Shown one piece after another: positions 46,503 through 57,317 of a stretch of DNA of 64,000 nucleotides (positions are counted from its first letter, which is position 1; each line of letters opens with the position of its first letter). Source of the DNA: an uncultured Bacilli bacterium. GTDB taxonomy: Bacteria > Bacillota_I > Bacilli_A > RF39 > UBA660. Where the stretch lies: assembly GCA_947598325.1 (NCBI GenBank), contig CANQFD010000002.1, positions 154,765 to 218,764 of the forward strand, given 5' to 3'. The notes under the pieces were generated by a model. That model was not told the origin of the DNA. It saw only the letters and a program-made list of their open reading frames with translations, and made no database searches. The position numbers and the translations under genes were made by a program.

Positions 46503-47384
46503 CTAATCTATTACAATATCCATAATTTCAAGTATTCTATTAAGATCTTGTACATTTGCAAACTTAATAGTAACTTTATTATTACTAACTTTTACTCCTG
46601 TTCCAAATTTTTCTTTTAAATAATCCTCTATATATTTATACTCATTATTATTTGTATGTTTTTTTGATACACTATTTGTTTTTTTATATCCACTAGATAC
46701 AATATCCTCAAGCTCATGAACACTTATGTTTTCTTCTAAAATTTTTTCAGATAATTCTTCTATTTGTTTTTTATCACTTAATTTGCTTAAAACTCTTGCA
46801 TGTGCCATAGATATTTTATTATATAAAACCATATCTTGTACTGAGCTAGGCAATTTTAATAAACCTAACATGTTAGTAACATGGCTCCTACTTTTACCTA
46901 TTATTTTTGCTAAAGCTTCTTGAGTAATACCCATTGAATTTATGATATCTCTATATGCTCTCGCTTCTTCAATAGCAGACAAATTCTCTCTTTGAAGATT
47001 TTCAAGTAAAGCTATTTGCATCATATCATTATCAGAAAAATCCTTTACAATCGCAGGAATTGTTTCAAGACCTGCCATTTTTGATGCTCTAAATCTTCTT
47101 TCACCTGCAACTATTTCATATCCTTTTATACTCTTTTTAACAATGATTGGTTGGAATACTCCATGTTCTTTTATAGAATTTGAAAGTTCATTTAGTGCAT
47201 TTTCATCAAATACTTTTCTTGGTTGATATGGATTTGGTCTTAATTCTTCTAATTTTAAGTTTACTATCGAATCATTTGTTTTAGCTTCTTGTATTATTGA
47301 CTCCTCAATAGAATTAAAATCTAAATTTTCTTCATCAAACAATTGCTCTAACCCTTTACCTAGAGCTCTTCTCTTCTCTTGCAT
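46503..47384 (-). CDS. parB: Chromosome partitioning protein ParB/Spo0J
   Basis: Contains LRPNPYQPRK.FDE, IVAGERRFRASK and an HTH (TQEALAKIIGKSRSHVTNMLGLL). The start is taken as the ATG at 47384 and overlaps the parA end by 29 nt. Confidence 0.9.
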   Translation of the reverse strand: MQEKRRALGKGLEQLFDEENLDFNSIEESIIQEAKTNDSIVNLKLEELRPNPYQPRKVFDENALNELSNSIKEHGVFQPIIVKKSIKGYEIVAGERRFRASKMAGLETIPAIVKDFSDNDMMQIALLENLQRENLSAIEEARAYRDIINSMGITQEALAKIIGKSRSHVTNMLGLLKLPSSVQDMVLYNKISMAHARVLSKLSDKKQIEELSEKILEENISVHELEDIVSSGYKKTNSVSKKHTNNNEYKYIEDYLKEKFGTGVKVSNNKVTIKFANVQDLNRILEIMDIVID

Positions 47385-48159
47385 TTCTTTCAATTACCTC
47401 CTTTGCTAAATTCATATAAGCTTCAGTTCCTCTGCTTGTTGGATCATAATTTGCTATTGGCTTACCATGAGATGGTGCCTCTGTTAATCTTATAAGTCTT
47501 GGAATAATGGTATCATAAACTCTTTCTCTAAAAAATCCTCTTACATTTTCTACTACTTCTAATCCTAAATTTGTTCTAGAGTCAAGCATTGTCAGAACTA
47601 CTCCTTCTATTTCTAACTTTGGATTAAGTTTTTTTCTAGCAAGTGTTATAGTATTTAATAGTTGCATTATTCCCTCTAACGCAAAATATTCACATTGTAC
47701 TGGTATTAATACTGAATCGCTCGCAGTTAACGCATTTGTTGTCAATATTCCTAATGATGGCGGACAATCAATTAAAATAAAGTCATAATTATCTCTAATT
47801 TTAAACAAAACTCTTTTTAATTGGGATCCTTTTGAAAAATTAGGATTATCTTTTGATTTATCTAAAAACTCTATATCAATTCCCGCTAAATTTATATTGG
47901 CAGGGATAACATCTAAATTCTTAAACCTAGTTTTTTTTATTGCTTCCTCAGGTGATACATTTTCTATTAAGGCATCATAAATACTACTACTTAAATCTCC
48001 TTTTTCTATTCCAATACCAGTTGTAGTATTACCTTGTGGATCTAAATCAACTAGTAAAACCTTCTTTTCAAGCAATCCTAAAGATGAAGCTAAATTAATA
48101 CTTGTTGTTGTTTTACCTACACCACCCTTTTGATTAACCATTGAAATAATCTTACCCAT
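47356..48159 (-). CDS. parA: ParA/Soj ATPase
   Basis: Contains the deviant Walker A NQKGGVGKTT and DCPPSLG. Confidence 0.9.
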   Translation of the reverse strand: MGKIISMVNQKGGVGKTTTSINLASSLGLLEKKVLLVDLDPQGNTTTGIGIEKGDLSSSIYDALIENVSPEEAIKKTRFKNLDVIPANINLAGIDIEFLDKSKDNPNFSKGSQLKRVLFKIRDNYDFILIDCPPSLGILTTNALTASDSVLIPVQCEYFALEGIMQLLNTITLARKKLNPKLEIEGVVLTMLDSRTNLGLEVVENVRGFFRERVYDTIIPRLIRLTEAPSHGKPIANYDPTSRGTEAYMNLAKEVIERNAREEKSSR

Positions 48160-48313
48160 TTAAAACACATCCTTGTAATTTATACTCACTATATAACATT
48201 TTATCAAAATTTAATAATTTTTTAAATGATTAATTGAAAAAAAACAAAATAAATATGAAGATTTTACTTTTAGTATTATATATGTTATATTAAATTTGAA
48301 ATTAGGAGGATAT

Positions 48314-49297
48314 ATGGCTGGAACTATAACTCATGCTTATTTTACAATTGATATTTATAATAATCTTGATAAACACACAAAAAATATACTAAAAGATTAT
48401 AAAGAAAATCTAAAAACATATGGACAAGGACATGATATTTTTTATTTTTGCTATATGATTAATTTTATAAAAAGTAAGAAAATTAGAAAATATGGAAAAG
48501 TATTTCATAAAGAAAAGACAAAAGCATTTTTTAAAAATATGATTCAATACATTATAGATAATAAATTACAATATAATCCAGAAGTATTATCATTTTTATA
48601 TGGATATATTTGTCATTACATTCTAGATTTAAATATTCATCCATATATAACATATAAAGCAGGAATATTTAAAAAAAATAAAAAAAGCACATATAAATAT
48701 AATTCAAAACATAGTGATTTGGAAAGCTACATAGATGCATATATGATAAAACAAAGAGAAAATATTGATCCAAAAGATTTTAAATGTTATAAATTTTGCT
48801 TTAATAATAACAAAATTAGTAAAAATTTATCTAATTTAATTAATTATACTTTTTATAAAACATATAACATTAAAAATATTTCAAAATATTATAAAAAAAG
48901 TATTTTAGATATGAAAATATTGTATAGAATATGTAGATATGATCCAATTGGAATAAAGAAAAATATATATAAATTTATTGATAAAATTACTACAAATAAA
49001 ATAATTAAATTATATCCAGTATCATATGCATATAAGTTAGATAACAATAATTATTATCTTAACTTAGATCATAAGACATGGAATCATCCAAGAGATAAGC
49101 ATGAAACTTACAATTACTCTGTTTTAGATTTATATGATAAATCTAAAATGGAGGCACTTAAAATAATTGATGCGGTTAATTGTGTATTATATGAAAACAG
49201 AAATATAGCTTATTTAGATAATTATTTTCTTGATTTATCTTATTCAAGTGGAAAACCATGTAACGATAAAAATAAAAATAAATATTTTGAATATTAA
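48314..49297 (+). CDS. Putative zinc-dependent phospholipase C-like family protein
   Basis: GGAGGA RBS. The N-terminus MAGTITHAYF plus later H-rich positions (GQGHDIFYF, CHYILDLNIHPY) resemble this family. The assignment is tentative. Confidence 0.45.
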   Translation: MAGTITHAYFTIDIYNNLDKHTKNILKDYKENLKTYGQGHDIFYFCYMINFIKSKKIRKYGKVFHKEKTKAFFKNMIQYIIDNKLQYNPEVLSFLYGYICHYILDLNIHPYITYKAGIFKKNKKSTYKYNSKHSDLESYIDAYMIKQRENIDPKDFKCYKFCFNNNKISKNLSNLINYTFYKTYNIKNISKYYKKSILDMKILYRICRYDPIGIKKNIYKFIDKITTNKIIKLYPVSYAYKLDNNNYYLNLDHKTWNHPRDKHETYNYSVLDLYDKSKMEALKIIDAVNCVLYENRNIAYLDNYFLDLSYSSGKPCNDKNKNKYFEY

Positions 49298-49331
49298 TTC
49301 AAATATAAGCCATTATATTAATGGTGATGAT

Positions 49332-49562
49332 ATGTTTAACGGTTTTAAAATTATTAATAATGATTATATATACTTATATTTAGACAATAATTATGAATTT
49401 GCAAATGATATAAGTACCAAAGAACAAAAACAAAGAGAGATAATAAATAGTTCAAGAAAATTTTTAATCGAGCATAATATAAATTTTAATAATAAACTAT
49501 ATTATGTTTCTAATGGAGTTGTTATTGGTTATATTAATAAAAATAATTTATTTAGATATTAA
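49332..49562 (+). CDS. Small hypothetical protein
   Basis: 76-aa ORF from the ATG after GGTGA. The upstream part of the track ORF overlaps the preceding gene. No family recognised. Confidence 0.3.
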   Translation: MFNGFKIINNDYIYLYLDNNYEFANDISTKEQKQREIINSSRKFLIEHNINFNNKLYYVSNGVVIGYINKNNLFRY

Positions 49563-49573
49563 TCTAAAATATA

Positions 49574-49606
49574 AAAAGAATATCCAAATGAATGGATATT
49601 CTTTTT
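49574..49606. terminator. Bidirectional terminator between convergent genes
   Basis: Stem agaatatcca / tggatattct with a 6-nt loop, flanked by A5 and T5. Confidence 0.65.
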
Positions 49607-50021
49607 AACGTTTTGAAAATTGTGGTGCTTTACGTGCTTTTTTAAGACCAGGTTTCTTACGTTCTTTTATTCTAGAATCTCTTGTAATAAATCCTTTTGC
49701 CTTTAGTATTTTTCTAAATGAAGAATCTGAATTAGGATCAGTATTTTTATCATATTCTAATAATGCTTTTGTTATACCTAAACGAATTGCTCCTGTTTGA
49801 CCAGAAAAGCCTCCACCTTTTACATCTACTACAATATCAAATTTATCAAGCATTTTAGTAGCTTCAAGTGGTTGTTTTAAATCCATTATTAACGTAGCAA
49901 ATGGTAAATATTCATTAACATCTTTTCCATTTACAGTTATTTTTCCTTTACCTGATGTCATTCTTACTCTTGCAACTGAAGTTTTACGACGACCAGTTCC
50001 ATAATAAATTTTATTTGCCAT
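49605..50021 (-). CDS. rpsI: 30S ribosomal protein S9
   Basis: Contains [14 protein letters not shown] and the C-terminal [18 protein letters not shown]. Confidence 0.95.
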   Translation of the reverse strand: MANKIYYGTGRRKTSVARVRMTSGKGKITVNGKDVNEYLPFATLIMDLKQPLEATKMLDKFDIVVDVKGGGFSGQTGAIRLGITKALLEYDKNTDPNSDSSFRKILKAKGFITRDSRIKERKKPGLKKARKAPQFSKR

Positions 50022-50033
50022 AATTAATCCTCC

Positions 50034-50465
50034 CTAGTCTACTTTCATTTCTTTTGGTTGTTGAGCAGAATGTTTATGTTCAGATCCTCTATAAACAAAT
50101 AACTTTTTGCCCATCTTACGACCAAGTCTATTATGAGGAAGCATTCCTTTAATAGCTCTTTCCATCATTTCTTCTGGATATTTTTCAAGCATTATTTTTG
50201 CAGTTCTTTCTCTTAAACCGCCAGTATAACCACTATGATTATAATACATTTTTTGTTCTAGTTTGTTACCAGTAAGTTTTACCTTATCAGCATTAACTAT
50301 AATTACATAATCTCCACAATCAACATTAGGTGTATATATTGCCTTATGTTTTCCACGTAATACACTAGCTGCTTTAGTCGCTACACGACCTAAAGTTTTA
50401 TCAGCAGCATCTATAACATACCAATTACGTTTAATTTCTGCTGATTTAGCCATAAATGTTTTCAT
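50034..50465 (-). CDS. rplM: 50S ribosomal protein L13
   Basis: Contains WYVIDA..K.LGR.A...A..LRGKHK..YTP..D.GD. Confidence 0.95.
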   Translation of the reverse strand: MKTFMAKSAEIKRNWYVIDAADKTLGRVATKAASVLRGKHKAIYTPNVDCGDYVIIVNADKVKLTGNKLEQKMYYNHSGYTGGLRERTAKIMLEKYPEEMMERAIKGMLPHNRLGRKMGKKLFVYRGSEHKHSAQQPKEMKVD

Positions 50466-50544
50466 TTTATTTCCCTTTCTTTCTATAAATCAACTTTCCC
50501 AAGGTTAACTTATATGTGGGTTTCTTTTAAATGTACCAGTTGTA

Positions 50545-50573
50545 ATTTTACTAAATTTTATTCACAATGTCAA
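50545..50573 (-). promoter_or_regulatory. Sigma-A promoter of rplM-rpsI
   Basis: The minus strand reads TTGACA-17 nt-TAAAAT, leaving an ~80-nt leader before the rplM ATG. Confidence 0.6.
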
Positions 50574-50695
50574 TAAGTATGAAAACCAAAAAGCAAAAAA
50601 GAGTTTTTTTAAATAATTCAATAAATTTTTGTTATAAACGTGAAAAAGTTATTTTTATATAAACTATCTTTATATTATGTACTTAAAAACTAATA

Positions 50696-50722
50696 AAAAT
50701 CGCTATTTTTCTGCGATTTTTA
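50696..50722 (-). terminator. Terminator overlapping the cdaR stop codon
   Basis: Stem aaaaatcgc / gcgattttt with a 9-nt loop. On the minus strand it is followed by attagttttt. Confidence 0.45.
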
Positions 50723-52046
50723 TAGTTATCTTCTTTACTTTTGAAGAATATTTAACTGTTGAATCTACACCTTTTACTTTTATTTCTACATCATGTTCTC
50801 CAGGCATTAAATTTTTCAAATCAACATATGCTTCTACATCAGTAGGATTAATATTCTTAATTACAGATTCTACACCTTTTAATATTACAGATACCTCTGT
50901 ATTGCTTGCAGATGTAGCTTGAACAGTATAATTCTCACCAAGATTTATATATCCAAGTCTTACTCCTGATAATTCAGTTGTAACTTCATCATCAAGTTCT
51001 ATACCTATATTTATTGTCTTTGTTGATATTTCTCTTATTCCAGAAGGTTTTTTAATTGTTTTTGTATATTGTTTATTTGATTTTAAATCACTAACATCAA
51101 CGCTAACTTCAATGCTATTAGTTTTTTCTAATATATCTGAATTGCCATAAATAGTTACCCTGTCAACACTTGTAGTTATCTTCTTAATTGCCTTACCAAA
51201 TACTACATCACCTGTAGTAATAACTTTTATTGGTACTTCCTTGCTTGGAGATTCAATTTCTATTGATGAGTTTACCTTATTAGGTACCATCTCAACATTC
51301 ATTACTTTTCCATCTTCATCATATGCAACTAATGGTACATCCTTTAATTCATTAGTACCAGATTTAGGTTCTATCATATCACTAACATTGACTAAAGCCT
51401 TAATCTTTGAAACTTTCTTTAGATCATCTTCTGCACCTTTTATTATTACTTCGTTTGTATCTAATTTTACATCACTTATAGCAAGCTTTGTATCTAATTT
51501 ATCCAAATTAACTACATCATATTCAATATTTCTTGTTTCTGATTTTTTAGAATTTATTACAACAGTAGCTACAGATGGGTCTAACTTATATTCAACAGAT
51601 GTTATTGCTTGTTTATATTTTAAATTAACTTTATGTACTCCTGGTTTCAAATCACTCAAATCAACTATTACATCCTGTGCTGGTAACTGTTTTGCTAAAT
51701 ATAAATTTGCTTTTGTTCCAATTAAAGTAATATCAACAGTTTCTGGTAATCCATCTATTACATATTCTTCATCATTATATGTTGCTTTAACTGGTCTATT
51801 ATATATAACCTCAGCATTTGTTTCTAAAAGTGTAGTATTTTTTGTATCTATTATAAAAAATATTACAAGTGCTAATAATAATGATATTATTATCATACTA
51901 CTTTTTTTTGTTAACAAAATATCGAAAGGTTTTTGTTTTGCCTTTATTTTTTCACCAATAAACACAAAAAATTTAGTTATTGGAAGAATTATATGTTTAT
52001 CTATAAATTTATATATTCCTTTAAAAAATCTTTTAATCAATTTCAT
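50703..52046 (-). CDS. cdaR: CdaA regulatory protein CdaR (YbbR-domain repeats)
   Basis: N-terminal TM and repeated YbbR-like beta modules (V.V.G......V......P..V.V.G). It lies immediately downstream of cdaA and overlaps it. Start at the ATG at 52046 after GAGGAGGA. Confidence 0.8.
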   Translation of the reverse strand: MKLIKRFFKGIYKFIDKHIILPITKFFVFIGEKIKAKQKPFDILLTKKSSMIIISLLLALVIFFIIDTKNTTLLETNAEVIYNRPVKATYNDEEYVIDGLPETVDITLIGTKANLYLAKQLPAQDVIVDLSDLKPGVHKVNLKYKQAITSVEYKLDPSVATVVINSKKSETRNIEYDVVNLDKLDTKLAISDVKLDTNEVIIKGAEDDLKKVSKIKALVNVSDMIEPKSGTNELKDVPLVAYDEDGKVMNVEMVPNKVNSSIEIESPSKEVPIKVITTGDVVFGKAIKKITTSVDRVTIYGNSDILEKTNSIEVSVDVSDLKSNKQYTKTIKKPSGIREISTKTINIGIELDDEVTTELSGVRLGYINLGENYTVQATSASNTEVSVILKGVESVIKNINPTDVEAYVDLKNLMPGEHDVEIKVKGVDSTVKYSSKVKKITIKIAEK

Positions 52047-52854
52047 CAATATCATCCTCCTCATAACTTTCAGTAACAAAAGTTTCTGATTTTGGCATTA
52101 ATTCATCAAGTATCATTATTTTTAATTCATCTATAGATAAATTATAATTTAACTTTCCACCAATAGCTAACGATACCCTGCCTGTTTCCTCTGAAACAAC
52201 TATAGCTAAACAATCAGATTCTTCCGAAATTCCAATAGCTGCTCTATGTCTTGTTCCAAGTCTTTTGCTAAACTTCATATCAACTGTTGTTGGAAAAACA
52301 GCCCCAGCACAAGTAATTTTATCACCCTGTATTATTACACCACCATCATGAAGTGGATTATCTGGGAAAAATATTGCATCTAATAGCTCATTAGAAATTT
52401 CAGCATATATTTTTTTTGATCTTTCAATATATTCAGATAAACTAGTATCTCTTTCAATTACAATTAATGCACCTATTCTATTCTTTCTTAAATAATCAAC
52501 TGCAATTCCAATTTCAGAAACTAATTTTTCTCTTTCTGTAACTGACAAAACCTTATGTCTACCAAGCAATTGAGTTCTACCAAGTTGTTCTAATACAGTT
52601 CTTATTTCTGGTTGGAATATTATTATTATCGCAATAGGTCCCCAAGCTATAATATATTCAAATAACAAGCCTATTGTTACAAGTCCAAAATAATCACTTA
52701 ATATTTTTATTAAAACTATAGCCAAAATACCCTTAAATAGCATAGAAAATTTTACATTTTTTCTAATATTTTTCAAAATATAATACAATATTATCCAAAC
52801 TAAACATATATCAATTACCTTTTTTACAATAGTTAAAATACCTTCTAAATTCAT
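52033..52854 (-). CDS. cdaA: Diadenylate cyclase CdaA
   Basis: Three N-terminal TMs plus DisA_N motifs GALIVIERD, PLHDGGVII and GTRHRAAIGISEESD...VVSEETG. Confidence 0.9.
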   Translation of the reverse strand: MNLEGILTIVKKVIDICLVWIILYYILKNIRKNVKFSMLFKGILAIVLIKILSDYFGLVTIGLLFEYIIAWGPIAIIIIFQPEIRTVLEQLGRTQLLGRHKVLSVTEREKLVSEIGIAVDYLRKNRIGALIVIERDTSLSEYIERSKKIYAEISNELLDAIFFPDNPLHDGGVIIQGDKITCAGAVFPTTVDMKFSKRLGTRHRAAIGISEESDCLAIVVSEETGRVSLAIGGKLNYNLSIDELKIMILDELMPKSETFVTESYEEDDIDEID

Positions 52855-52862
52855 ATTTCCTC

Positions 52863-53567
52863 CTAAACAACATTATTCTTTTTATTATTAATCATAACAA
52901 ATATTACAATTGATAATATTAAAACTACACCTACACCCAATATTAAATATTCATAACTAAAATTATATTTTTTATCATTGATTGAAACCGTAGCTTTATT
53001 CTTTATACTTTTATCTTTATATGTAATTTCAATAGTTTTTACTTCACTATCTTTATTTATATTCCAAGTATAGACATTTCCTTTCACATTATCAGCATTA
53101 CTGTTTATAACATCAAAAGGAATTTTTATATTTACATTTATTTCATCATATATTAAAGATGATGAGCCATAACCACCAAGCTTTTGCTTCTGATTAGCGT
53201 ATATAGTTATCTTATCATTATCTTTAGCAATGTTTATTTTATCAAAAACATCACTTGAAAACTTTGATATGTATTCATCAATATTTTCATATACATAACT
53301 AACTGTAGCTTCTGTAGTATTATTTTCTTCTTTATAATCTAATGAATATTCATCGTTAGGAACAAACATATTATATAAATAATTAATTGCCTGCTCTCCT
53401 TTTAACTTAGTTCTAGCTTCCATTCTATCAGTTTGTTCACTAGCAATAATATTCTCATTTATAGAAGAATCTTCATTTATCGTTAAATTATAATCAATTG
53501 AACAGCCAGATGTAAATAATAATAAGCAAAATACGAATAAAAATTTAAAAATTATTACTCTTTTCAT
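52863..53567 (-). CDS. Lipoprotein with an additional C-terminal TM
   Basis: Lipobox LLFTSGC. C-terminal segment LILGVGVVLILSIVIFVMI. No family recognised. Confidence 0.5.
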   Translation of the reverse strand: MKRVIIFKFLFVFCLLLFTSGCSIDYNLTINEDSSINENIIASEQTDRMEARTKLKGEQAINYLYNMFVPNDEYSLDYKEENNTTEATVSYVYENIDEYISKFSSDVFDKINIAKDNDKITIYANQKQKLGGYGSSSLIYDEINVNIKIPFDVINSNADNVKGNVYTWNINKDSEVKTIEITYKDKSIKNKATVSINDKKYNFSYEYLILGVGVVLILSIVIFVMINNKKNNVV

Positions 53568-53682
53568 GAATCACATCCTCAATACTATAAAATTATAACA
53601 TATTTTCAAAAATATTAATATAGTTTACGTTTAGAAAAAAAAAGACTTTTAAAAATTATAACATTTTTAAAGCTTTATATTG

Positions 53683-54528
53683 TTAAAATATATTTGTATA
53701 ATCATCATCAATTGGATTAAGATTATTAACATTTTCTAACTTTTTCATAATTTTATCTAATTCAGTATTTTTTTCTTCTATTTCAACTGAAGTTGGCTCC
53801 TTAGAAATATCAATTGGATTTTTTTTATCATCATTATCAAATATATTACTTGGAGATGAATTATCTAAACCTTGACTTTTACTATTATCAAATAAAATTT
53901 CAGATAATTTTTTATCATTTTTATAAGCAACATCCACATTATCCAATGAATTATTTTGAACTTTATCATCATTTAATGAATCGGAAACTTTATAATTATT
54001 AATATCATTCAAAATATCTGGTGTTATAACATTATTATCTTTAGGCTGAATTTCATCTGTTTCAGTAGAAATATCATCTAAAGGGATAGTTTCAACTTGA
54101 ATATTTCCCTCTATTTTTTCATTATTATCTAAACTAGAATCTGTTAATATGTTATCCACAGTCAAATCTTCCAATGTATTAGTATTTTCATTATTAGAAA
54201 TAGAATTAATTCTATTTAATTCATCGTTTACTGCCTTATCAAGATCAATGCTGTAATCTATCTTCTTACTATTCTCTGTTGATATAATATCAATAGATTT
54301 ATCATTATTATTAGTTTTAATATCTGGTGTTATTGTGTTTTCTTCTTTAACATTAACTTGATCAGAAGAAATAGTATTATTTTTAGCCTCTTTTTTATAT
54401 TTTCTAGTTTTTATGCTATTGTCTATTAAATAACCAATCAAAACAAATATTAAAAATAAACATATTCCTATTAATATATTAGTATTTTCATTAATAAATA
54501 CCATTATATTTTCTAAAGTTTCATTCAT
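53683..54528 (-). CDS. Hypothetical N-terminally anchored Asn/Asp-rich protein
   Basis: TM ILIGICLFLIFVLIGYLI, then low-complexity sequence. Confidence 0.4.
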   Translation of the reverse strand: MNETLENIMVFINENTNILIGICLFLIFVLIGYLIDNSIKTRKYKKEAKNNTISSDQVNVKEENTITPDIKTNNNDKSIDIISTENSKKIDYSIDLDKAVNDELNRINSISNNENTNTLEDLTVDNILTDSSLDNNEKIEGNIQVETIPLDDISTETDEIQPKDNNVITPDILNDINNYKVSDSLNDDKVQNNSLDNVDVAYKNDKKLSEILFDNSKSQGLDNSSPSNIFDNDDKKNPIDISKEPTSVEIEEKNTELDKIMKKLENVNNLNPIDDDYTNIF

Positions 54529-54619
54529 AACAATCCCTCTTTTTATCCTATTATATATTATAAATACATTCTATCATTAATTATTTATTTTTTCAAGGAT
54601 AAATTTAAAAAAGAATTTA

Positions 54620-55150
54620 TTAATTCATAAATTCTTCCATTAAAACAACTTTTTTTTGATTTAAACTCTTTTTTACATTAATAATTCTTTGGTTACTAGA
54701 ACCTCTAAATTTTAATCCTAAATTTTTATTTTCTATTTCAAATTTACCATCTACTATAACATCTATATAGTTTAAAAGTTCACCTGTAACAGATTGCTCT
54801 TTTGTCATTCTTTCATTTATATCTTTATCAAATAAATATCCGGAAAATACCCATATTGATTTGTTTGGATACTCATTCTTAATTCTTTTTAGTAATGGTA
54901 ATATTCCTTTTTGATTAACATATTCAAAAGGTTCTCCTCCCAATACAGTTATACCAGAAACAAAATCATTTTTTAAATAATCTATTATCTCTTGTTCTTC
55001 TTTCTTAGTAAATTTGTTGCCATATGTAAAATCCCATGCAGCTTCATTAAAACACCCTTTGCAATGATGTGTACATCCGCTAACAAACAAGGAAATTCTA
55101 ATTCCTGGTCCATTAGCCACATCATATTTTTTTATATCAGCATAATACAT
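54620..55150 (-). CDS. nrdG: Anaerobic ribonucleotide reductase activating protein
   Basis: Radical-SAM motif CTHHCKGCFN. It lies directly downstream of nrdD. Confidence 0.9.
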   Translation of the reverse strand: MYYADIKKYDVANGPGIRISLFVSGCTHHCKGCFNEAAWDFTYGNKFTKKEEQEIIDYLKNDFVSGITVLGGEPFEYVNQKGILPLLKRIKNEYPNKSIWVFSGYLFDKDINERMTKEQSVTGELLNYIDVIVDGKFEIENKNLGLKFRGSSNQRIINVKKSLNQKKVVLMEEFMN

Positions 55151-55162
55151 AATAAATCTCCA

Positions 55163-57289
55163 TTATAAATGAGTAACTCTAGCTTTTATTTCCTTTGTCT
55201 TTCCAGTATTCCAGAAATTTTCACCTAAATATCCACAAGTTCTTCTTGTTACATTCATTTTAGAATGATCCTTATTACCACAATTAGGACATTCCCATTC
55301 ATTTTGATCATTTATAATTATTTCTCCATCAAATCCACATTCATGACAATAATCTGATTTTGTATTAAATTCAGCATATTGAATATTTTCATAGATAAAT
55401 TTAACTAATTCTTTGATTGCATCTAAATTTTTAGTAATATTTGGAATTTCAACATATGATATACATCCTCCAGATGATATAGGTTGAAATTGACTTTCAA
55501 ATTTTAATTTACTAAATGCATCAATCTTTTCTCTAACATCAACATGATATGAATTTGTATAATAACCTTTGTCAGTAACGTCTTTAATATCACCGTATTT
55601 TTCTTTATCTATTTTTGCAAATCTATAACATAAACTTTCTGCTGGCGTTCCATATAGTGCAAAACCTAAACCTGTTTCTTTTTTCCAAGTATCACAAGCG
55701 CTTCTTAAATGTTTCATAAGCTTAACTGCAAATTTTTCACCAACTGGATCTGTATGAGAAACGCCTTTTACTAGTTTAGTTGCTTCATATACACCTATAT
55801 AACCAAGTGATAATGTTGAATATCCCCCTTTTAATAATTTATCGATTTTTTCTCCTTTTTTAAGTCTTGCTATTGCTCCATATTGCCAATGTATTGGAGA
55901 TACATCTGAAACAGTACCAAGAAGAGAATGATGTCTACACATTAATGCTTCTTTACAGATTTCTAATCTTTCATCTAAAATTTGGAAAAATTTCTTTTCA
56001 TCATTTTGAGATAATATTCCTATTTGTGGTAAATTTATTGAAACTACTCCTTGATTAAATCTACCTTCCCATTTATAATTTCCTTTTTCATCTTTCCAAG
56101 GTGATAAGAAACTTCTACATCCCATTGGGCTAAATACATTATTTTCGTATATTTCTTTCATTTTCTTAGCTGAAATATAATCTGGATACATTCTCTTTGA
56201 TGAACATTTACATGCAAGTTCAGTTAAATAATCATATTCTCCGCCCTTTAAACAATTGTGTTCATCTAATACATATACAAGTTTTGGGAATGCAGGTGTA
56301 ATATATACTCCTTTTTCATTTTTTATTCCCTCATATCTTTGTTTTAATATTTCTTCTATAATCATTGCATTTTCTTTTATATAAGGATCATCTTTCTCAA
56401 GATGTAAGAATAAAGTAACAAAAGGTGATTGTCCATTTGTAGTCATTAATGTATTTATTTGATATTGTATAGTTTGAATACCTGCAGATAATTCATCTTT
56501 TAATCTATCCATTGTCAAACATTCTATAGTTTTTTTATCTAATTTATCCTTATACTTATCTGTTATTTTCTTTTTAAATTTATCATAACTTTTTCTTAAA
56601 TATTTACCTAAATGTTTCATATCAACAGATTGACCACCATATTGATTACTGGCTACTGCTGCGATTATTTGTGTAGTTACTGTACATGCAACTTGAAATG
56701 ATTTTGGACTTTCTATCATTTTTCCATTCATAACAGTACCATTATCAAGCATATCAGATATATTTATTAAACAACAATTGAATATTGGTTGAATAAAATA
56801 ATCTGCATCATGAAAGTGTATCATACCTTCTTTATGAGCATTTGATATTTTTTCTGGTAAAAGAATTCTATTTGTTAAATCTCTTGAAACTTCACCAGCA
56901 ATATAATCTCTTTGTGTTGAAGCAAGCATTGTATTTTTATTAGAATTTTCTTCCGCTAACTCTTTGTTTTCATTTCTTATTAATCTAAGTATAGACTCAT
57001 CTGTTGTATTTGCTTTTCTAACTAAAGCTCTATTATATCTATAAACAATATACTCTTTAGCCAAATGATATCTTTTATTTTCCATTAATTTTATTTCAAT
57101 TTCATCTTGTATATCTTCAACTAACATTCTTTTCTTTTTTTGATCTTCAATATATTTTATAATGCTATCTATTTGCTTACTTGAAGCTTGTTGTTTCTTA
57201 TCAACATCTTCATTTGCTTTTTCTATAGCAATCCTTATTTTACTACTATCATAATCTACTGTTTTACCATCTCTCTTAACTACTAACAT
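55163..57289 (-). CDS. nrdD: Anaerobic ribonucleoside-triphosphate reductase
   Basis: N-terminal ATP-cone (VVKRDGK.V.YD..KI). C-terminal Zn site C..CG...C..CG and glycyl-radical motif RRTCGYLG. Confidence 0.95.
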   Translation of the reverse strand: MLVVKRDGKTVDYDSSKIRIAIEKANEDVDKKQQASSKQIDSIIKYIEDQKKKRMLVEDIQDEIEIKLMENKRYHLAKEYIVYRYNRALVRKANTTDESILRLIRNENKELAEENSNKNTMLASTQRDYIAGEVSRDLTNRILLPEKISNAHKEGMIHFHDADYFIQPIFNCCLINISDMLDNGTVMNGKMIESPKSFQVACTVTTQIIAAVASNQYGGQSVDMKHLGKYLRKSYDKFKKKITDKYKDKLDKKTIECLTMDRLKDELSAGIQTIQYQINTLMTTNGQSPFVTLFLHLEKDDPYIKENAMIIEEILKQRYEGIKNEKGVYITPAFPKLVYVLDEHNCLKGGEYDYLTELACKCSSKRMYPDYISAKKMKEIYENNVFSPMGCRSFLSPWKDEKGNYKWEGRFNQGVVSINLPQIGILSQNDEKKFFQILDERLEICKEALMCRHHSLLGTVSDVSPIHWQYGAIARLKKGEKIDKLLKGGYSTLSLGYIGVYEATKLVKGVSHTDPVGEKFAVKLMKHLRSACDTWKKETGLGFALYGTPAESLCYRFAKIDKEKYGDIKDVTDKGYYTNSYHVDVREKIDAFSKLKFESQFQPISSGGCISYVEIPNITKNLDAIKELVKFIYENIQYAEFNTKSDYCHECGFDGEIIINDQNEWECPNCGNKDHSKMNVTRRTCGYLGENFWNTGKTKEIKARVTHL

Positions 57290-57317
57290 ACTTCTTTCTC
57301 CTATTCTTTATAATTTG

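Noticed and set aside
48160-48313. Possible oriC/DnaA-box cluster in the divergent intergenic region next to parA
   Set aside because: No TTATCCACA-like boxes are visible on either strand, and neither dnaA nor dnaN is nearby. It looks like an ordinary AT-rich divergent promoter region.
51241-52089. Long (282-aa) plus-strand ORF
   Set aside because: It lies entirely antisense to cdaR (YbbR repeats, operon context with cdaA). The composition is Ser/Phe/Ile-rich low complexity and there is no RBS. This is a typical shadow ORF in AT-rich DNA.
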